From Dehalococcoidia bacterium (GTDB lineage: Bacteria; Chloroflexota; Dehalococcoidia; Lucifugimonadales; CATQGZ01): a stretch of DNA of 64,000 nt. The first letter of the stretch is position 1. The number at the start of each line of letters is the position of its first letter. The position numbers and the translations under genes were made by a program. Where the stretch lies: assembly GCA_965223945.1 (NCBI GenBank), contig CBDCXW010000007.1:1502-65501 (forward strand), read 5' to 3'. The notes below the pieces were generated by a model. The model worked only from the letters and a program-made list of their open reading frames with translations, did no database searches and was not told the origin of the DNA. Shown in pieces: positions 8,676-20,306 of this stretch.

Positions 8676-9105
8676 AGATATAGAGGAGTTCGACCCCACA
8701 GACGAGCCGTCCGATGACGATTCGGTCGCCCTTACCCACAGACAGATCACCGCCCTCCCATACCTCGTCGCCTCGCCTACCGTGACGGAAGGCGCCAGGC
8801 TGGCCGGCATGTCGCGCAGGACCGTCCACCGCTGGATGGAAGACGACCACTTCCGCGTCCAGTTCGAAAGACTCAGGGACGAGGCTCTGAGCCTCGCGCA
8901 GGCCGAGTTGAAGGGCCTTACCCTCAAGGGCGCCGGCGTACTCGCCGAAATGCTCGAAGACCCGTCGTCCAACATCCGACTCCGAGCCGCGCAGATCGCA
9001 ATCTCCGCGGGCACCAAGGTCAACGAGCAGTCCAACATCCAGGAGCGCATCGAACACCTTTCCGAGGCATTCCACCTCCAACGCTCGAGGAAGCCCCTCC
9101 TGTGA
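8659..9105 (+). CDS. HTH protein resembling phage small-terminase-like (phBC6A51-type) proteins
   Basis: LTHRQITALPYLVASPTVTEGARLAGMSRRTVHRWMEDDHF HTH followed by helical IRLRAAQIAI segment. Confidence 0.7.
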   Translation: MSHNAADIEEFDPTDEPSDDDSVALTHRQITALPYLVASPTVTEGARLAGMSRRTVHRWMEDDHFRVQFERLRDEALSLAQAELKGLTLKGAGVLAEMLEDPSSNIRLRAAQIAISAGTKVNEQSNIQERIEHLSEAFHLQRSRKPLL

Positions 9106-9446
9106 AAGCCGCGCTCAAAGCCCTCGAACGCGCCCTCATCCTCGAACGCACCGAGCTCGCCCTCGCCAACGCCCTCAAAGAGCTCATGAACAAGTGGGAT
9201 CCCCCCGACGTGGAACGTGGCCCCGAACCCTCTTCCTTCGACCTCCTCGATGCCCTCCACCGAAGCAGAGTCCCATCCCTCCCGGCAGTCCCTCGCGCCA
9301 TGAGCTACATCGACCAATGCAGGTACCAGGGCGCAGCTCCCGACATGGCCAGGATCTTCCGGACGCTCCTCCCCGAAGCCCCAGTGCCCGCCTTCCTAGA
9401 GACCGACGACTCCGACCACCTCTTTCCCGACGAAAAACCCTGCTAG
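9102..9446 (+). CDS. Hypothetical protein translationally coupled to the HTH gene
   Basis: GTGA overlap; 114 aa with typical codon usage. Confidence 0.6.
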   Translation: MKAALKALERALILERTELALANALKELMNKWDPPDVERGPEPSSFDLLDALHRSRVPSLPAVPRAMSYIDQCRYQGAAPDMARIFRTLLPEAPVPAFLETDDSDHLFPDEKPC

Positions 9447-9470
9447 ACTATTACCGGCCCCATCGACAGC

Positions 9471-9540
9471 CACCCCAGCCCTCTCCCTCGACGGGACCTC
9501 CACACTACCGTCATACCGGCGAAGGCCGGTATCCAGAGGG
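9471..9540. repeat. REP cluster (CCCTCTCCC palindrome plus GTCATACCGGCGAAGGCCGGTATCCAG)
   Basis: REP at 9510-9536 is identical to copies at 6408, 41283 and 54384 (inverted). Confidence 0.8.
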
Positions 9541-9614
9541 GCGGGGACGCAGGATACGGAGGCGAGAGTGTCCCTCGGGCAACCTCCCAAATTCACGCGG
9601 GAACGGAGAGAACC

Positions 9615-11306
9615 GTGAACGACAAACCGCCCGGCAACGCCGCCGAAGAAACGGCCCTCTCGGACTTCGTTAGAGACATAGTCGCCGAGGACCTCAAGTC
9701 CAACAAGAACGGCGGCCAGGTGGTCACCAGGTTCCCACCGGAGCCCAACGGCTACCTCCACATCGGCCACGCCAAGTCCGCCTGGCTCAACTTCGGAATC
9801 GCGTCGGAGAACGGCGGCGTATGCAATCTCAGATTCGACGACACCAACCCCACCAAGGAGGATGTCGAGTACATCAACTCCATCCAGGAGGACCTCCGCT
9901 GGCTGGGCGTCGAGTGGGGGAGGGATGCGCTCTACTCCTCCGACTACTTCGACGAAATCTACGAGTACGCCGTCAAGCTGGTCAAGAAGGGAAAGGCCTA
10001 CGTCTGCGACCTCAGCGCCGGCGAGATCAGGGAGTACCGCGGGACTCTGACCGAGCCCGGACGGGACAGCCCCTACCGGGTCCGCACCGTCGAGGAGAAC
10101 CTCGACCTGCTGGCCGGCATGAAGGCCGGCGAGTTCGAGGAGGGCTCTCGCGTGCTCCGGGCAAAGATCGACATGAGCTCGGGCAACGTGAATATGAGGG
10201 ACCCCGTACTCTACCGCATACTGAAAGCCCCCCACCCCAGGACAGGCGCCGGCTGGTGCATATACCCCACCTACGACTTCGCTCACGGGCAGTCCGACTC
10301 CATCGAGGGTGTGACTCACTCCATCTGCACCCTGGAGTTCGAAGACCACAGGCCCCTCTACGACTGGCTGCTCGACGAGCTGGAGATCCACCACCCCATG
10401 CAGATCGAGTTCGCGAGGCTCAACCTGACCAACACCGTCATGAGCAAGCGAATGCTGCTGGCGCTCGTCAATGACGGCATAGTTTTCGGCTGGGACGACC
10501 CGAGGATGCCCACGCTCTCCGCGATGCGGCGCAGGGGGTATACCCCGGCAGCCATTCGGACCTTCTGTGAGAGGATCGGCGTCGCCAGGAGAGAAAATAC
10601 CATCGAGATCGCGATGCTCGAGCACTGCGTCCGCGAGGACTTGAACAGGACCGCCCAGAGGGTCATGGGTGTCCTCCAGCCACTCAAGGTCGTCATCGAG
10701 AACTACCCTGAGGGCCAGACGGAGGAGATCGAGGCGGTCAACAATCCCGAAGACCCCTCCGCCGGATCGAGGATGCTTCCCTTCTCACGCGAGCTCTACA
10801 TTGAGAGGACCGACTTCGAGGAGGACCCGCCTCCGAAGTTCTACCGGCTGGCCCCGGGCCGGGAGGTGAGGCTCCGCTACGGGTACTTCATAAGGTGCGC
10901 GTCCGTGGTAAAGAACGACGACGGCGAGATCGTGGAGCTGCGGTGCACCTACGATCCCGAGACTCGTGGAGGCCACGCGCCGGACGGCCGCAGGGTCCGA
11001 GGCACGCTCCACTGGGTCTCCGCCCCCCACTCCATCGCGGTGGAGGTCAGGCTCTTCGACCATCTCTTAGTCTCGGACGACGGATGGAATGCCGCGGACG
11101 CCGTATTCAACCCCGGCTCCCTGGAGGTACTCACCGGGTGCAAGGTCGAACCGTCTCTCGCGTCCGCCGCCCCGGGCACGCCGTACCAGTTCGAGAGGCA
11201 GGGCTACTTCTGCGTCGACTCCGTCGACTCGTCGCCCGGCGCCCCAGTCTTCAACAGGACCGTGTCGCTCAGAGACTCGTGGAAGAAGGCCCGCGGCTCC
11301 AGCTAG
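9615..11306 (+). CDS. glnS: Glutamine--tRNA ligase
   Basis: [30 protein letters not shown] and QFERQGYF motifs. Confidence 0.96.
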   Translation: MNDKPPGNAAEETALSDFVRDIVAEDLKSNKNGGQVVTRFPPEPNGYLHIGHAKSAWLNFGIASENGGVCNLRFDDTNPTKEDVEYINSIQEDLRWLGVEWGRDALYSSDYFDEIYEYAVKLVKKGKAYVCDLSAGEIREYRGTLTEPGRDSPYRVRTVEENLDLLAGMKAGEFEEGSRVLRAKIDMSSGNVNMRDPVLYRILKAPHPRTGAGWCIYPTYDFAHGQSDSIEGVTHSICTLEFEDHRPLYDWLLDELEIHHPMQIEFARLNLTNTVMSKRMLLALVNDGIVFGWDDPRMPTLSAMRRRGYTPAAIRTFCERIGVARRENTIEIAMLEHCVREDLNRTAQRVMGVLQPLKVVIENYPEGQTEEIEAVNNPEDPSAGSRMLPFSRELYIERTDFEEDPPPKFYRLAPGREVRLRYGYFIRCASVVKNDDGEIVELRCTYDPETRGGHAPDGRRVRGTLHWVSAPHSIAVEVRLFDHLLVSDDGWNAADAVFNPGSLEVLTGCKVEPSLASAAPGTPYQFERQGYFCVDSVDSSPGAPVFNRTVSLRDSWKKARGSS

Positions 11307-11398
11307 CGTCTCCATACACTCGGCCGCGATGTTGACAGCCCGCCCCGTTCTTGCAAATATGGAGTCGAGGTGCTACTGACGACGCAGGGGGTGAAGCG

Positions 11399-12136
11399 AT
11401 GGCTGTGATAGCTCTTGGCGGCCTCACCGGCGGAGGCGGGCGGCATCTCGGGCCGCTGGTAGCCCGGGAGTTGGGGGCCGACTACGTTGACAGGCTCATG
11501 TTGACCGAAGTCGCTCGCGAGGTCGGCGCCACGGTCGAGGCTCTGCACCAGCGCGAGGAACGACCTCCCACACGAGGCGAGAAGTTCGCGAGGGTGCTCC
11601 AGCGCATCCTCGAGCGTTCGGCGGCCACCGGTGTCGGCAGTGATCCCTATTTCGGTCCGGGCGTCGCCCCCTTCCTCTCCGAGGAGTACGAGAACCTGCC
11701 CCAACCGACCATCACCCGCGGCCACGAGCTCGAAGATGACAAGTACATCGAGGCCATCCGCACAGTCATCCGAGACATGGCGGCGAGTGACAACACGGTC
11801 CTCGTCGGACGAGGCGCCTACATCATCCTGCGCGACAACCCGAAGGTCCTGCGAGTCGGAGTCGTCGCCGACTTCGAGGACCGCGTTACCACCATCATGA
11901 AACGCGAGCACCTCGGACACGATGAGGCCGTGCAGGTCATCCTGGCCCGCGACCAGGCCAGGTCCCTCTACTTCCAGAGGTTCTTCGGCATAGAGCACCC
12001 TGACAGCCCGGAGCTCTACCACCTGGTGATAAACTCCAGCGCCGTCGACATGGACTACGCAACCTCCGTCGTCATCCGGGCATCGGAGGCGCTCCTGGAC
12101 GGAAGACTTCCCGCCAAGACGGGCGCAGTCGTCTGA
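11399..12136 (+). CDS. Cytidylate kinase-like family protein
   Basis: VIALGGLTGGGGR, VLVGRGA, D..R..Y...FFG and YHLVINS motifs. Confidence 0.85.
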   Translation: MAVIALGGLTGGGGRHLGPLVARELGADYVDRLMLTEVAREVGATVEALHQREERPPTRGEKFARVLQRILERSAATGVGSDPYFGPGVAPFLSEEYENLPQPTITRGHELEDDKYIEAIRTVIRDMAASDNTVLVGRGAYIILRDNPKVLRVGVVADFEDRVTTIMKREHLGHDEAVQVILARDQARSLYFQRFFGIEHPDSPELYHLVINSSAVDMDYATSVVIRASEALLDGRLPAKTGAVV

Positions 12137-12229
12137 CCGGATTCGAGTGGGCTTGACCCTCCCGGCGTCCGAATTGGCCTGATCCCACGCACCACTAGCG
12201 GGTCCTGCACGCCTGCGAAAGGCGAGAGC

Positions 12230-12910
12230 GTGTCCCAGACCGCCGTGCTGATTGTCGAGGACGAAGAAAACCTCCTGGAAGCTCTCAAGTACAGCTTCGA
12301 GCGGGCCGGCTATAACGTCCTGTCTGCCAGCGACGGCGAGGCCGCGGTCACCGTGGCCCGCAGGCTGAAGCCCGACCTCGTCCTGTTGGATGTCATGCTG
12401 CCCAACCTCGACGGCTTCGAGGTCTGTCGTATCCTGCGGCTGGAGACCGACGCTCCTATTCTGATGCTCACGGCCAGGGGTGAGGAGGCCGACCGCATCA
12501 CAGGCCTCGAACTCGGCGCCGACGACTACGTAACCAAGCCCTTCAGCATGCGGGAGCTGCTGGTCAGAGTCCGCAATATCCTCAAGCGTACAGAGCCCCC
12601 GAGGACACGCGAGAAGCTTACGGCAGACGGGCTTGAGTTGGACCTTAACAGCTACATGGCCACCCTCGACGGCAAGGCGCTCAAACTGAGGCCGAGGGAA
12701 TTCGCGCTGCTCGCCATGCTCATAGGCAACAGAGGCCGCGCCCTCACCCGGTTGCAGATCCTCGAACACCTATGGGGTTATGACTATATAGGTGACACTC
12801 GCACCGTCGACGTGCACGTCCGATGGATTCGAGAAAAGATAGAGACAGACCCCTCGAAACCGAAGATGATCACGACGGTCCGCGGAGTCGGCTACAGGTT
12901 CGACGGATGA
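12230..12910 (+). CDS. phoP: OmpR/PhoB-family response regulator (phosphate regulon)
   Basis: Receiver LLDVMLP and GADDYVTKPF; wHTH RTVDVHVRWIREK; pst operon context. Confidence 0.88.
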   Translation: MSQTAVLIVEDEENLLEALKYSFERAGYNVLSASDGEAAVTVARRLKPDLVLLDVMLPNLDGFEVCRILRLETDAPILMLTARGEEADRITGLELGADDYVTKPFSMRELLVRVRNILKRTEPPRTREKLTADGLELDLNSYMATLDGKALKLRPREFALLAMLIGNRGRALTRLQILEHLWGYDYIGDTRTVDVHVRWIREKIETDPSKPKMITTVRGVGYRFDG

Positions 12911-14268
12911 GGCTGCCGGTACACTGGCGCGTCGTTCTCACCCTGGCAGCCCTGATGGTGGCCGGTCTGGTCGTACTGAGCATCTACCTCACCGCACAGG
13001 GGCATTCGGGCAGGCTGATCGGGGCCATCTGGCTCTGGGGAGCAGCGATCACCGCTGCCGCCGCGGCTACGGCTTACTACTCGATCGGCAGGATCGCGCG
13101 TTCGGTGGAGTCGGTGGTCGATGGGGCGCGCCGGCTGGCCAGGGGCGACTTCGAGCACCGGATACCTGCGGTCCAGACATCTGAGGCCAGAGAGATGGCC
13201 GACTCATTCAATACGATGGCGGCTACTATCCGAAACGTGGTCCGGGACCTGTCGGGCGAGCGGAACAAGCTGTCGGCGGTACTGAACACGATGGCGGACG
13301 GAGTCGTTGTACTCGAACCCAACGGCAGGGTCGCCCTGATGAATCAGGCGGCCCAGTGGCTGCTGGATATACGGACCATCGAACCGGTCGGCATCCGCCT
13401 GGTAGAGCAGGTGCGTGACAGCGAGCTCATCGAAGTCGTCACCGGGGCCCTCGAGTCTGGCCAGCTGCGGCACAATGAGCTCGAGATGCTGCACAGAGGG
13501 TCGTTCGTCAGCGTCATAGCCACACCGTTGAGCGGTGACGGCTCCGAGGGCGTCCTGTTGATGCTCCACGACCTGTCTAACCTGCGGCAGATCGAGACGA
13601 CCCGCAGGGAGTTCGTCAGCAACGTGTCCCACGAGCTTCGCAGCCCCCTCGCTTCCATAAAGGCCCTGACCGAGTCCCTCCAGGACGGCGCCTTCGATGA
13701 GCCCGCGGTCGCGGCGGACTTCATGGAGCGTATCCAGAAGGAAGTGACCCGCATGGGCAGCCTCGTCGACGATCTGCTCGCCCTCTCACGCCTGGAGAGC
13801 GGACAGACGCCGCTCAATCTCGGCCCCCTCGATCTCAGGGCTCTCACGGACGATCTTGTGGACTCGTACTCAACCCACTCGGACGGGGTGAGAATCGAGC
13901 AGACCATGCCCGCGGATCTTCCCCTGGTGACAGGCGATGAAGGGATGGTACGCCAGGTTCTGGTCAATCTGCTCGAGAACGCCCTCAAGTTCACATCAGA
14001 GGGCGGACGGATCGGTGTCGGTGCCGTGGCCGGCGGCAAGTTCGTAGAGGTCAGGGTCAAGGACACCGGGGCCGGCATCCCGCCGGAGCATCTGCCCCAC
14101 GTCTTCGAGCGCTTCTACAAGGTCGACCGTGCCCGCCGAGATGGAGGGACAGGCCTGGGCCTCGCCATCGTAAAGCACATCGTGCAGGTGCACGGAGGCG
14201 ACGTCAGCGTCGAAAGCGAAGAGGGGGCCGGGAGTACGTTTGCCTTCACGCTTTCCCGCGCCTTCTGA
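12907..14268 (+). CDS. phoR: Phosphate sensor histidine kinase (HAMP-PAS-HisKA-HATPase)
   Basis: [31 protein letters not shown] and [12 protein letters not shown]. Confidence 0.88.
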   Translation: MRLPVHWRVVLTLAALMVAGLVVLSIYLTAQGHSGRLIGAIWLWGAAITAAAAATAYYSIGRIARSVESVVDGARRLARGDFEHRIPAVQTSEAREMADSFNTMAATIRNVVRDLSGERNKLSAVLNTMADGVVVLEPNGRVALMNQAAQWLLDIRTIEPVGIRLVEQVRDSELIEVVTGALESGQLRHNELEMLHRGSFVSVIATPLSGDGSEGVLLMLHDLSNLRQIETTRREFVSNVSHELRSPLASIKALTESLQDGAFDEPAVAADFMERIQKEVTRMGSLVDDLLALSRLESGQTPLNLGPLDLRALTDDLVDSYSTHSDGVRIEQTMPADLPLVTGDEGMVRQVLVNLLENALKFTSEGGRIGVGAVAGGKFVEVRVKDTGAGIPPEHLPHVFERFYKVDRARRDGGTGLGLAIVKHIVQVHGGDVSVESEEGAGSTFAFTLSRAF

Positions 14269-14344
14269 AGAACACCCGTCTTCCCGTCCACCCGTCCTGA
14301 GGGGCCTCTCTCCCGGTGCCCAGCCATTTGACGGGCCCGCCAGA

Positions 14345-14382
14345 TTTAACAAGACTTTAAACCCCGGCGCGCTCATCTTAAA
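14345..14382 (+). promoter_or_regulatory. Candidate PHO box
   Basis: TTTAAC (14345) and TTTAAA (14356) 11 bp apart, plus CTTAAA at 14377, upstream of pstC. Confidence 0.55.
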
Positions 14383-14503
14383 GCTCAGCACGCTATGCTG
14401 TCGCCATGTTGTGTCGCCCCCACGTGTCATGAGCCTCAAGATGGGACGTTCTCGTCACATCGCTGCGGAGCCGAGACAAGCCTCAGCCACCGGCGAGGTG
14501 TCT

Positions 14504-15397
14504 ATGTTCAGACGCTCCCGGGTCAGAAACCTGGAGGGGCAAGCCGCCCGCATCTTCTTCCTCCTCTGCGCGGTGCTGTCCATCTTCACGACTGTCGGGA
14601 TAGTCGCCAGCCTGTTCAGCCAGGCACTTGCGTTCTTCGGGGAAGTCTCCGTCTGGGAGTTCCTCACGGGGACACGGTGGTCGCCCATCCTCAAGCCGAG
14701 CTCGTTCGGTGTCCTGCCTCTGGTGGGAGGGACGCTGCTCGTGGCCCTTCTGGCTGCGGTGGTCGCCGTCCCCGTCGGCCTCGGGACCGCGATATTCCTG
14801 GCCGAGTACGCCCCCGACTCCATCCGCCGGATCGTGAAGCCGACCCTGGAGGTACTTGCCGGTATCCCAACCGTCGTCTACGGGTACTTTGCCCTCACCT
14901 TCGTTACGCCCCTGATTCAGATCATCTTCCCCGATATGATCGTCTTCAACGCCCTCAGCGCCGGCATGGTCATGGGCATCATGATAATCCCGATGGTCTC
15001 CTCCCTGAGCGAAGACGCGATGGTGGCCGTGCCGCGCTCCCTCCGTCAGGCCGCATACGCCCTGGGAGCGACCAGGCTTGAGGTGAGCCTGCGAGTCGTC
15101 GTGCCTGCTGCGCTCTCGGGCATCGTGGCCTCCTTCATACTGGCTATGTCGAGGGCTATCGGCGAGACGATGCTTGTGACCATCGCGGCTGGCGCGACGC
15201 CGAACCTGACCTGGAACCCTCTTGAGAGTGTCCAGGCGATGACGGCGTACATCGTGCAGGTCAGCCTCGGAGAAGCCGCGCACGGCTCCTTGGAATACAA
15301 CACGATCTTCGCCGTCGGCCTCCTGCTCTTCATGATGACCCTCCTGATGAGCTTGTTGGGCCAGTGGGTCGTCCGCCGGTGGCGTGAGGAGTATTGA
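14504..15397 (+). CDS. pstC: Phosphate ABC transporter permease
   Basis: [25 protein letters not shown]. Confidence 0.93.
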   Translation: MFRRSRVRNLEGQAARIFFLLCAVLSIFTTVGIVASLFSQALAFFGEVSVWEFLTGTRWSPILKPSSFGVLPLVGGTLLVALLAAVVAVPVGLGTAIFLAEYAPDSIRRIVKPTLEVLAGIPTVVYGYFALTFVTPLIQIIFPDMIVFNALSAGMVMGIMIIPMVSSLSEDAMVAVPRSLRQAAYALGATRLEVSLRVVVPAALSGIVASFILAMSRAIGETMLVTIAAGATPNLTWNPLESVQAMTAYIVQVSLGEAAHGSLEYNTIFAVGLLLFMMTLLMSLLGQWVVRRWREEY

Positions 15398-16278
15398 TGA
15401 CGGCGAAGACGCAGACCTTCGACAGGAAGGCGAAGTTCAGGAAGACCCAGGGCGCGATCTTCTATGTCGTCTTCTTGGGTGCCGTACTTGTCGGCATTGT
15501 CGGACTGGTCACGCTTCTCGTGCAAGTTCTGATTCAAGGGGTCCCTTGGCTGAGCCTGCATCTCCTGACAGACTACCCCTCTCGCCATCCGGAGCAGGCT
15601 GGGCTCAAAGCCGCTATATTCGGGACCCTCTGGATCATGGGGCTCACCGCCGCGCTCACGATCCCGATTGGCGTGAGCGCAGCCGTCTACCTTGAAGAGT
15701 ACGCACCCAAGAACTGGCTCACCTCAGTGCTGGAAGTCAACATATCCAATTTGGCGGGGGTTCCGTCGATCGTATACGGGCTCTTGGGGCTGGGCCTGTT
15801 CGTCCAGCTCATGGCCCTGGGCAAGACCGTCATCGCTGGGGCTATGACCCTCACACTCTTGGTCCTGCCCATAGTGATACTGGCCTCGCGGGAGGCCATC
15901 AGGGCGGTACCAGGCACATACAGAGAGGCAGCCTACGCCCTCGGCGCGGACCAGTGGCAAGTCATAAAGAGCGTTGTGCTGCCGGCCGCCTCTCCCGGAA
16001 TCCTGACGGGGACCATCCTTGCGATGTCCCGAGCCATCGGCGAGGCCGCGCCGATCGTCGTAATCAGCGGCCTGGTCTACCTGACCTTCGTTCCTGCCAA
16101 CCCGCTCGACCGTTTCACTGCCCTCCCACTTCAGATCTTCAACTGGGCCTCCCGGCCCCAGGAAGACTTCCGGGAGCTGGCCGCCGCGGGTATCATCGTT
16201 CTGCTGGTCGTCCTGCTGTCAATGAATGCAGTGTCCATCGTGCTCCGCAATCGGTTCCAGACCAGGTCGGAGGAGTAA
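15397..16278 (+). CDS. pstA: Phosphate ABC transporter permease
   Basis: [20 protein letters not shown]. Confidence 0.93.
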   Translation: MTAKTQTFDRKAKFRKTQGAIFYVVFLGAVLVGIVGLVTLLVQVLIQGVPWLSLHLLTDYPSRHPEQAGLKAAIFGTLWIMGLTAALTIPIGVSAAVYLEEYAPKNWLTSVLEVNISNLAGVPSIVYGLLGLGLFVQLMALGKTVIAGAMTLTLLVLPIVILASREAIRAVPGTYREAAYALGADQWQVIKSVVLPAASPGILTGTILAMSRAIGEAAPIVVISGLVYLTFVPANPLDRFTALPLQIFNWASRPQEDFRELAAAGIIVLLVVLLSMNAVSIVLRNRFQTRSEE

Positions 16279-16279
16279 C

Positions 16280-17053
16280 GTGAACGGAAGAGACGTCGTG
16301 CTGAAGGCCGACCAGCTGCGGGTCTGGTACGGGTCGTTCCTCGCCATCAAGGACATCGACTTCGAGGCCCAGACAAACATGGTGACCGCGCTGATCGGGC
16401 CCTCCGGCTGCGGGAAGAGCACCCTGCTGCGGAGCTTCAACCGGATGAACGACCTCATACCAGGCGTGAAGATCGAAGGGTCCGTCGAGTTCAGAGGACA
16501 GAACATGTACGAGAGCGCGGTGGACCCCACCGCGCTGCGGTCGCGCATCGGCATGGTCTTTCAGAAGCCCAACCCGTTCCCAAAGTCGATCTTCGACAAT
16601 GTAGCCTTCGGCCTCCGCGTCAATGGATACACGGGCGATATCGCAGAGGCCGTCGAACGGTCGTTGCATCAGGCCGCCCTTTGGGAGGAAGTCAAGGACC
16701 GCCTGAACAAGAGCGCCTTCGCCCTTTCCGGCGGTCAGCAGCAGCGGCTCTGCATCGCGCGCGCCTTGGCAGTCGAGCCCGAGGTGATCCTTATGGACGA
16801 GCCTGCCTCCGCACTCGACCCCATTGCCACGCTGGCCATTGAGCAGCTCATCCGCGAGTTGAGCCAGGCATACACGATCGTCATAGTCACACACAACATG
16901 CAGCAGGCGGCGCGGGTCTCAGACGAGACCGCCTTCCTGATGGTCGACGAAAACAGGTCCGGGTACCTGGTCGAGCACGGCGACACCCAGCAGATATTCA
17001 CCAACCCGAAAGACGAGCGCACGGAAGCGTACATCACCGGCCGCTTCAGCTAG
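16280..17053 (+). CDS. pstB: Phosphate ABC transporter ATPase
   Basis: [36 protein letters not shown] start with AGGAG RBS. Confidence 0.95.
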   Translation: MNGRDVVLKADQLRVWYGSFLAIKDIDFEAQTNMVTALIGPSGCGKSTLLRSFNRMNDLIPGVKIEGSVEFRGQNMYESAVDPTALRSRIGMVFQKPNPFPKSIFDNVAFGLRVNGYTGDIAEAVERSLHQAALWEEVKDRLNKSAFALSGGQQQRLCIARALAVEPEVILMDEPASALDPIATLAIEQLIRELSQAYTIVIVTHNMQQAARVSDETAFLMVDENRSGYLVEHGDTQQIFTNPKDERTEAYITGRFS

Positions 17054-17065
17054 GGAGCATTCAGA

Positions 17066-17734
17066 ATGACACCCAGGACCGATTTCGACAAGGACCTCAC
17101 ACACCTTCAGGACGAGCTGCTCCTTCTGGGCGGTATGGTCGAGAAGGCCGTAGCCAGGTCGATGGACGCCCTGAGGCGTCGCGACCTGGAGGCCTCGCGC
17201 CAAGTGGTCAAAGAGGACGACATAATCGATCAAAAGCGGTTCGACCTTGAGGAGAGATGCATCGAGCTGATAGCGACTCAGCAGCCTCTGGCGGGTGACC
17301 TGAGGATCCTCATCACTGTCCTGCACGTGGCGGTCGAGTTGGAGCGGATGGGTGACTATGCCGAGGGCATCGCGAGGATCAGCCTCATGATGGGAGACGA
17401 GCCGCCCCTGAAGCCCCTGATCGACATCCCGCGAATGGCAGACCTGTCGGCCGGCATGCTTCGGAGGAGCCTCGACGCCTTCGTGAACCGCGATATCGTC
17501 AGCGCTATGGCCGTGTGTGACGACGACGACAAGGTTGACGACCTTTACGATCAGGTCTACCGCGAGCTGCTTACCTATATGCTGGAGGACTCCGGGGCGA
17601 TCCGCAGGGCCACCTATCTCCTCTGGGTAGCACACAACCTCGAGCGCATCGCCGATCGCACGACCAATATCGCAGAGCGGGTGATATTCTTGGTCACAGG
17701 CAAATTGACGGAGATCACCGTCTCCAGGTACTAG
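17066..17734 (+). CDS. phoU: Phosphate signalling protein PhoU
   Basis: QQPLAGDLR, ELERMGDYA, LERIADRTTNIAE. Confidence 0.95.
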   Translation: MTPRTDFDKDLTHLQDELLLLGGMVEKAVARSMDALRRRDLEASRQVVKEDDIIDQKRFDLEERCIELIATQQPLAGDLRILITVLHVAVELERMGDYAEGIARISLMMGDEPPLKPLIDIPRMADLSAGMLRRSLDAFVNRDIVSAMAVCDDDDKVDDLYDQVYRELLTYMLEDSGAIRRATYLLWVAHNLERIADRTTNIAERVIFLVTGKLTEITVSRY

Positions 17735-17860
17735 CCATGGGGAACCCCTGGGTCCTGATCTGATCAAGGGCCGGATTGTCGCCCCATCCTCCAACGCCCT
17801 GCACGCCAATTCCAAAACAGCTTCGCTCGCTCATTCCCAGCTTCATGGATGGAATCGGGG

Positions 17861-17890
17861 TTGACAGTAGTAGTAGACGTAACGTATAAA
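17861..17890 (+). promoter_or_regulatory. Sigma70-type promoter of the ABC binding-protein operon
   Basis: TTGACA at 17861 and TATAAA at 17885 (18-nt spacer). Confidence 0.55.
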
Positions 17891-18001
17891 GTACCGCGGG
17901 CTTCGGCACGGAAGGCCGTCGCTTGCGCGTGTCGGACAGGTAGAAATCCATAGAGGGACTTGAAACGTAGCATTAGTGAATCGAACACCAGGAGGCGGAC
18001 T

Positions 18002-19939
18002 GTGAAAGGTACTATTTCGTTTGGACTGAGGTTGTTGCCTCTCGTTGCGATAGCCTCGTTGGCATTTGTGCTGGCTTGTGGCAGCCCCGAAGAGCCGGAG
18101 GCGCCCAAGCAGCCTGCACCGGCAGCCCCGGCGGCGGAAGCCCCGGCCGCGATGGCGGGAGAGGGTATGGCCGCGGCTAAGCCGGACCAGCCTGCCCCGG
18201 CCGCAATGGCTCAGGACCCTGTGGCTATGACTATGACTATGCCGGAAACCATGAAGCCGACTACTGAGGAGCCTTCGCGCCCCCTGATCCAGTACGAGGG
18301 GATGATGGAGGACCCGGGAACTCCTAAGGAGGGCGGCACCGTGCTCTGGGCCGTCGGTAACACACCGAGCGTCGACTGGTCCTGCCACACCACCTTCAGG
18401 GGCGGCGTGTCTGGCCATGTTTACGAGGGCTTCTTCGTCTCTAACAATGACAGGACCGAAACACTCCCGCTGTCGATAGGGTCGTGGTCGCTGAGCGACG
18501 ACGGCACGGAGTACACCTTTACTCTCAGGGACGGTCAGACCTTCCACGACGGCACGCCCGTCGAGTCGGCGGACGCCATAGCGTCTACCGAGAGGTGGTT
18601 CGGTAGTACCCACGCAATCTCAAAACAGATCCACGGCCTCATCAAGCCCGTGTCGCACGCGGTCGTCGACAGCAAGACATACACGATGGGCATGGGCCGC
18701 GCGTTCGCCCTGTGGCCGGTCTACCAGGCCTTCAACGGCGCCTGGATACAGCCGGAAGCCATCTCGAAGACGGACCCCCACGACTGCATCGACACCCAGA
18801 CCCAGGTCATCGGCCACGGTCCTTACAGCTACGTCGAGTGGATACCGGGTGACCGCGTCTCCATGGAGCGCTTCGACGACTACGTTCCGCGGGACGAGCC
18901 CGCGAACGGCGGTGGCGGCGGGAAGATCGCATACTTCGACCGGATCGAGGCGATAGTGGTCCCTGACCACTCGACCCGTGTAGCCGGTCTCAAGACTGGG
19001 CAGATACACATCGTGTCAGGCGACGTGCCGGGCGACTTCAAGGCCGACCTGCAGGCTGACCCTGAGGTGGAAGTGGCCGTGATAGGTCCAGGCCGCCCGC
19101 CCTACCTGGTCTTCAACCTGGGCACCAAGCCCTTCAACAACAAGAAGGCTCGGCAGGCTGTCCTCATGGCAGCCGACATGGAAGCGTGGATGACCGCCGC
19201 CTACGGCGCGGGCGCCGACTGGGCGCTTGACGGCGCCATCTTCATGTCCGACGGACCGTGGGCCACGCAGGTAGCGACCGATAAGTACTACAAGCCCAAC
19301 GGAATCGACCTCGACGCCGCAAAGGCCCTCATGGCCGAGGCGATTGCAGAAGAGAACTATGACGGCGAGGTACTAGTGCTGGGCGGCAACGACACCCAGT
19401 TCGGAAGAGGCTCCAGCGCCTACACGCAGCAGGTCCTGGAGTCCCTCGGGCTCAAGGTCAACAGGCCCAACGTCGACTGGGCAACCGTCATAGGGTGGAA
19501 GAACTCGACCCCGGAGCAGGCGGGCACCCCCGGCCTGTCGCACTGCGTCAAGCCCATCCAGCCAGGCGCGACCAGGCCAGGCGAAGGCTGGAACATGTAC
19601 CACACGCGCACGGCGCCGGAGAACCCGCTGGCTCTTGAACCCGCCAGCATCGCCTGGTCGTGCGGCTGGCTCGTCAACGAGGCCGACTACGCAATACCCA
19701 GGGGGGAAAGAGTCGACGCCGGAGTGAAAGGCGTCATGGATGACCTGATCGACAAGTGGTTGGACGCCCCCACGCTCGAAGAAGCCAGGGCGGCGGTCGA
19801 CGAGATGCAGGAGCTGGTCTACGAGGAAGCGCGATACATCCAGCTGGGCGCGACCCTCGGCCTGATGGCGTTCCGCAGCGAGATGTCCTTCACGCCGTCG
19901 GCCGGCGGCTTCGTCCTGACGGGAGCCTGGTTCAAGTAG
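18002..19939 (+). CDS. Family-5 (peptide/nickel) ABC substrate-binding lipoprotein, copy 1
   Basis: Lipobox LACG; YTFTLRDGQTFHDG; IGHGPY; AGGAGG RBS before GTG. Confidence 0.9.
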   Translation: MKGTISFGLRLLPLVAIASLAFVLACGSPEEPEAPKQPAPAAPAAEAPAAMAGEGMAAAKPDQPAPAAMAQDPVAMTMTMPETMKPTTEEPSRPLIQYEGMMEDPGTPKEGGTVLWAVGNTPSVDWSCHTTFRGGVSGHVYEGFFVSNNDRTETLPLSIGSWSLSDDGTEYTFTLRDGQTFHDGTPVESADAIASTERWFGSTHAISKQIHGLIKPVSHAVVDSKTYTMGMGRAFALWPVYQAFNGAWIQPEAISKTDPHDCIDTQTQVIGHGPYSYVEWIPGDRVSMERFDDYVPRDEPANGGGGGKIAYFDRIEAIVVPDHSTRVAGLKTGQIHIVSGDVPGDFKADLQADPEVEVAVIGPGRPPYLVFNLGTKPFNNKKARQAVLMAADMEAWMTAAYGAGADWALDGAIFMSDGPWATQVATDKYYKPNGIDLDAAKALMAEAIAEENYDGEVLVLGGNDTQFGRGSSAYTQQVLESLGLKVNRPNVDWATVIGWKNSTPEQAGTPGLSHCVKPIQPGATRPGEGWNMYHTRTAPENPLALEPASIAWSCGWLVNEADYAIPRGERVDAGVKGVMDDLIDKWLDAPTLEEARAAVDEMQELVYEEARYIQLGATLGLMAFRSEMSFTPSAGGFVLTGAWFK

Positions 19940-19970
19940 CCGGAACCTGAAAGCGACATAAGCGCAAAGT

Positions 19971-20004
19971 CAGACAAGGCCGGAGGCTCCTCCGGCCTTG
20001 TCTG
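19971..20004. terminator. Perfect 16-bp stem-loop after SBP copy 1
   Basis: CAGACAAGGCCGGAGG-CT-CCTCCGGCCTTGTCTG; no U-tract. Confidence 0.55.
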
Positions 20005-20137
20005 CGTCACCCGCCAGCCATGACGCTGGCGCACGGCGACGGCCACACGGAACAGTCATGGTAATCGTCGCTCGGCAGCGATCAGCGCGTGGGCTGTCAC
20101 AATGATCGGAGCCGTGATAAAGCTAACGGCCAGGGGA

Positions 20138-20238
20138 GCCCTCGGTGCCATCGTGTTCGATACCACCTTCGGTCTGCTCTCCGGGTACCATAGAGTGCTT
20201 GACTTCCTCATCATGCGGATCGCGGATGGGTTGATGGC
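20138..20238 (+). pseudogene. Remnant of the dppC-like permease at the duplication junction
   Basis: Near-identical to ~23798-23898 (TTCGGTCTGCTCTCCGGGTACCATAGAG...CATCATGCGGATCGCGGATGGGTTGATGGC). Confidence 0.85.
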
Positions 20239-20306
20239 GGACAGGTAGAAATCCGCAGAGGGACTTGAAACGCAGCAATAGTGAATCGAACACCAGGAGG
20301 CGGACT

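Noticed and set aside
17891..18001. Riboswitch in the SBP leader
   Set aside because: Some hairpin potential but no recognisable riboswitch consensus; needs an Rfam/Infernal search
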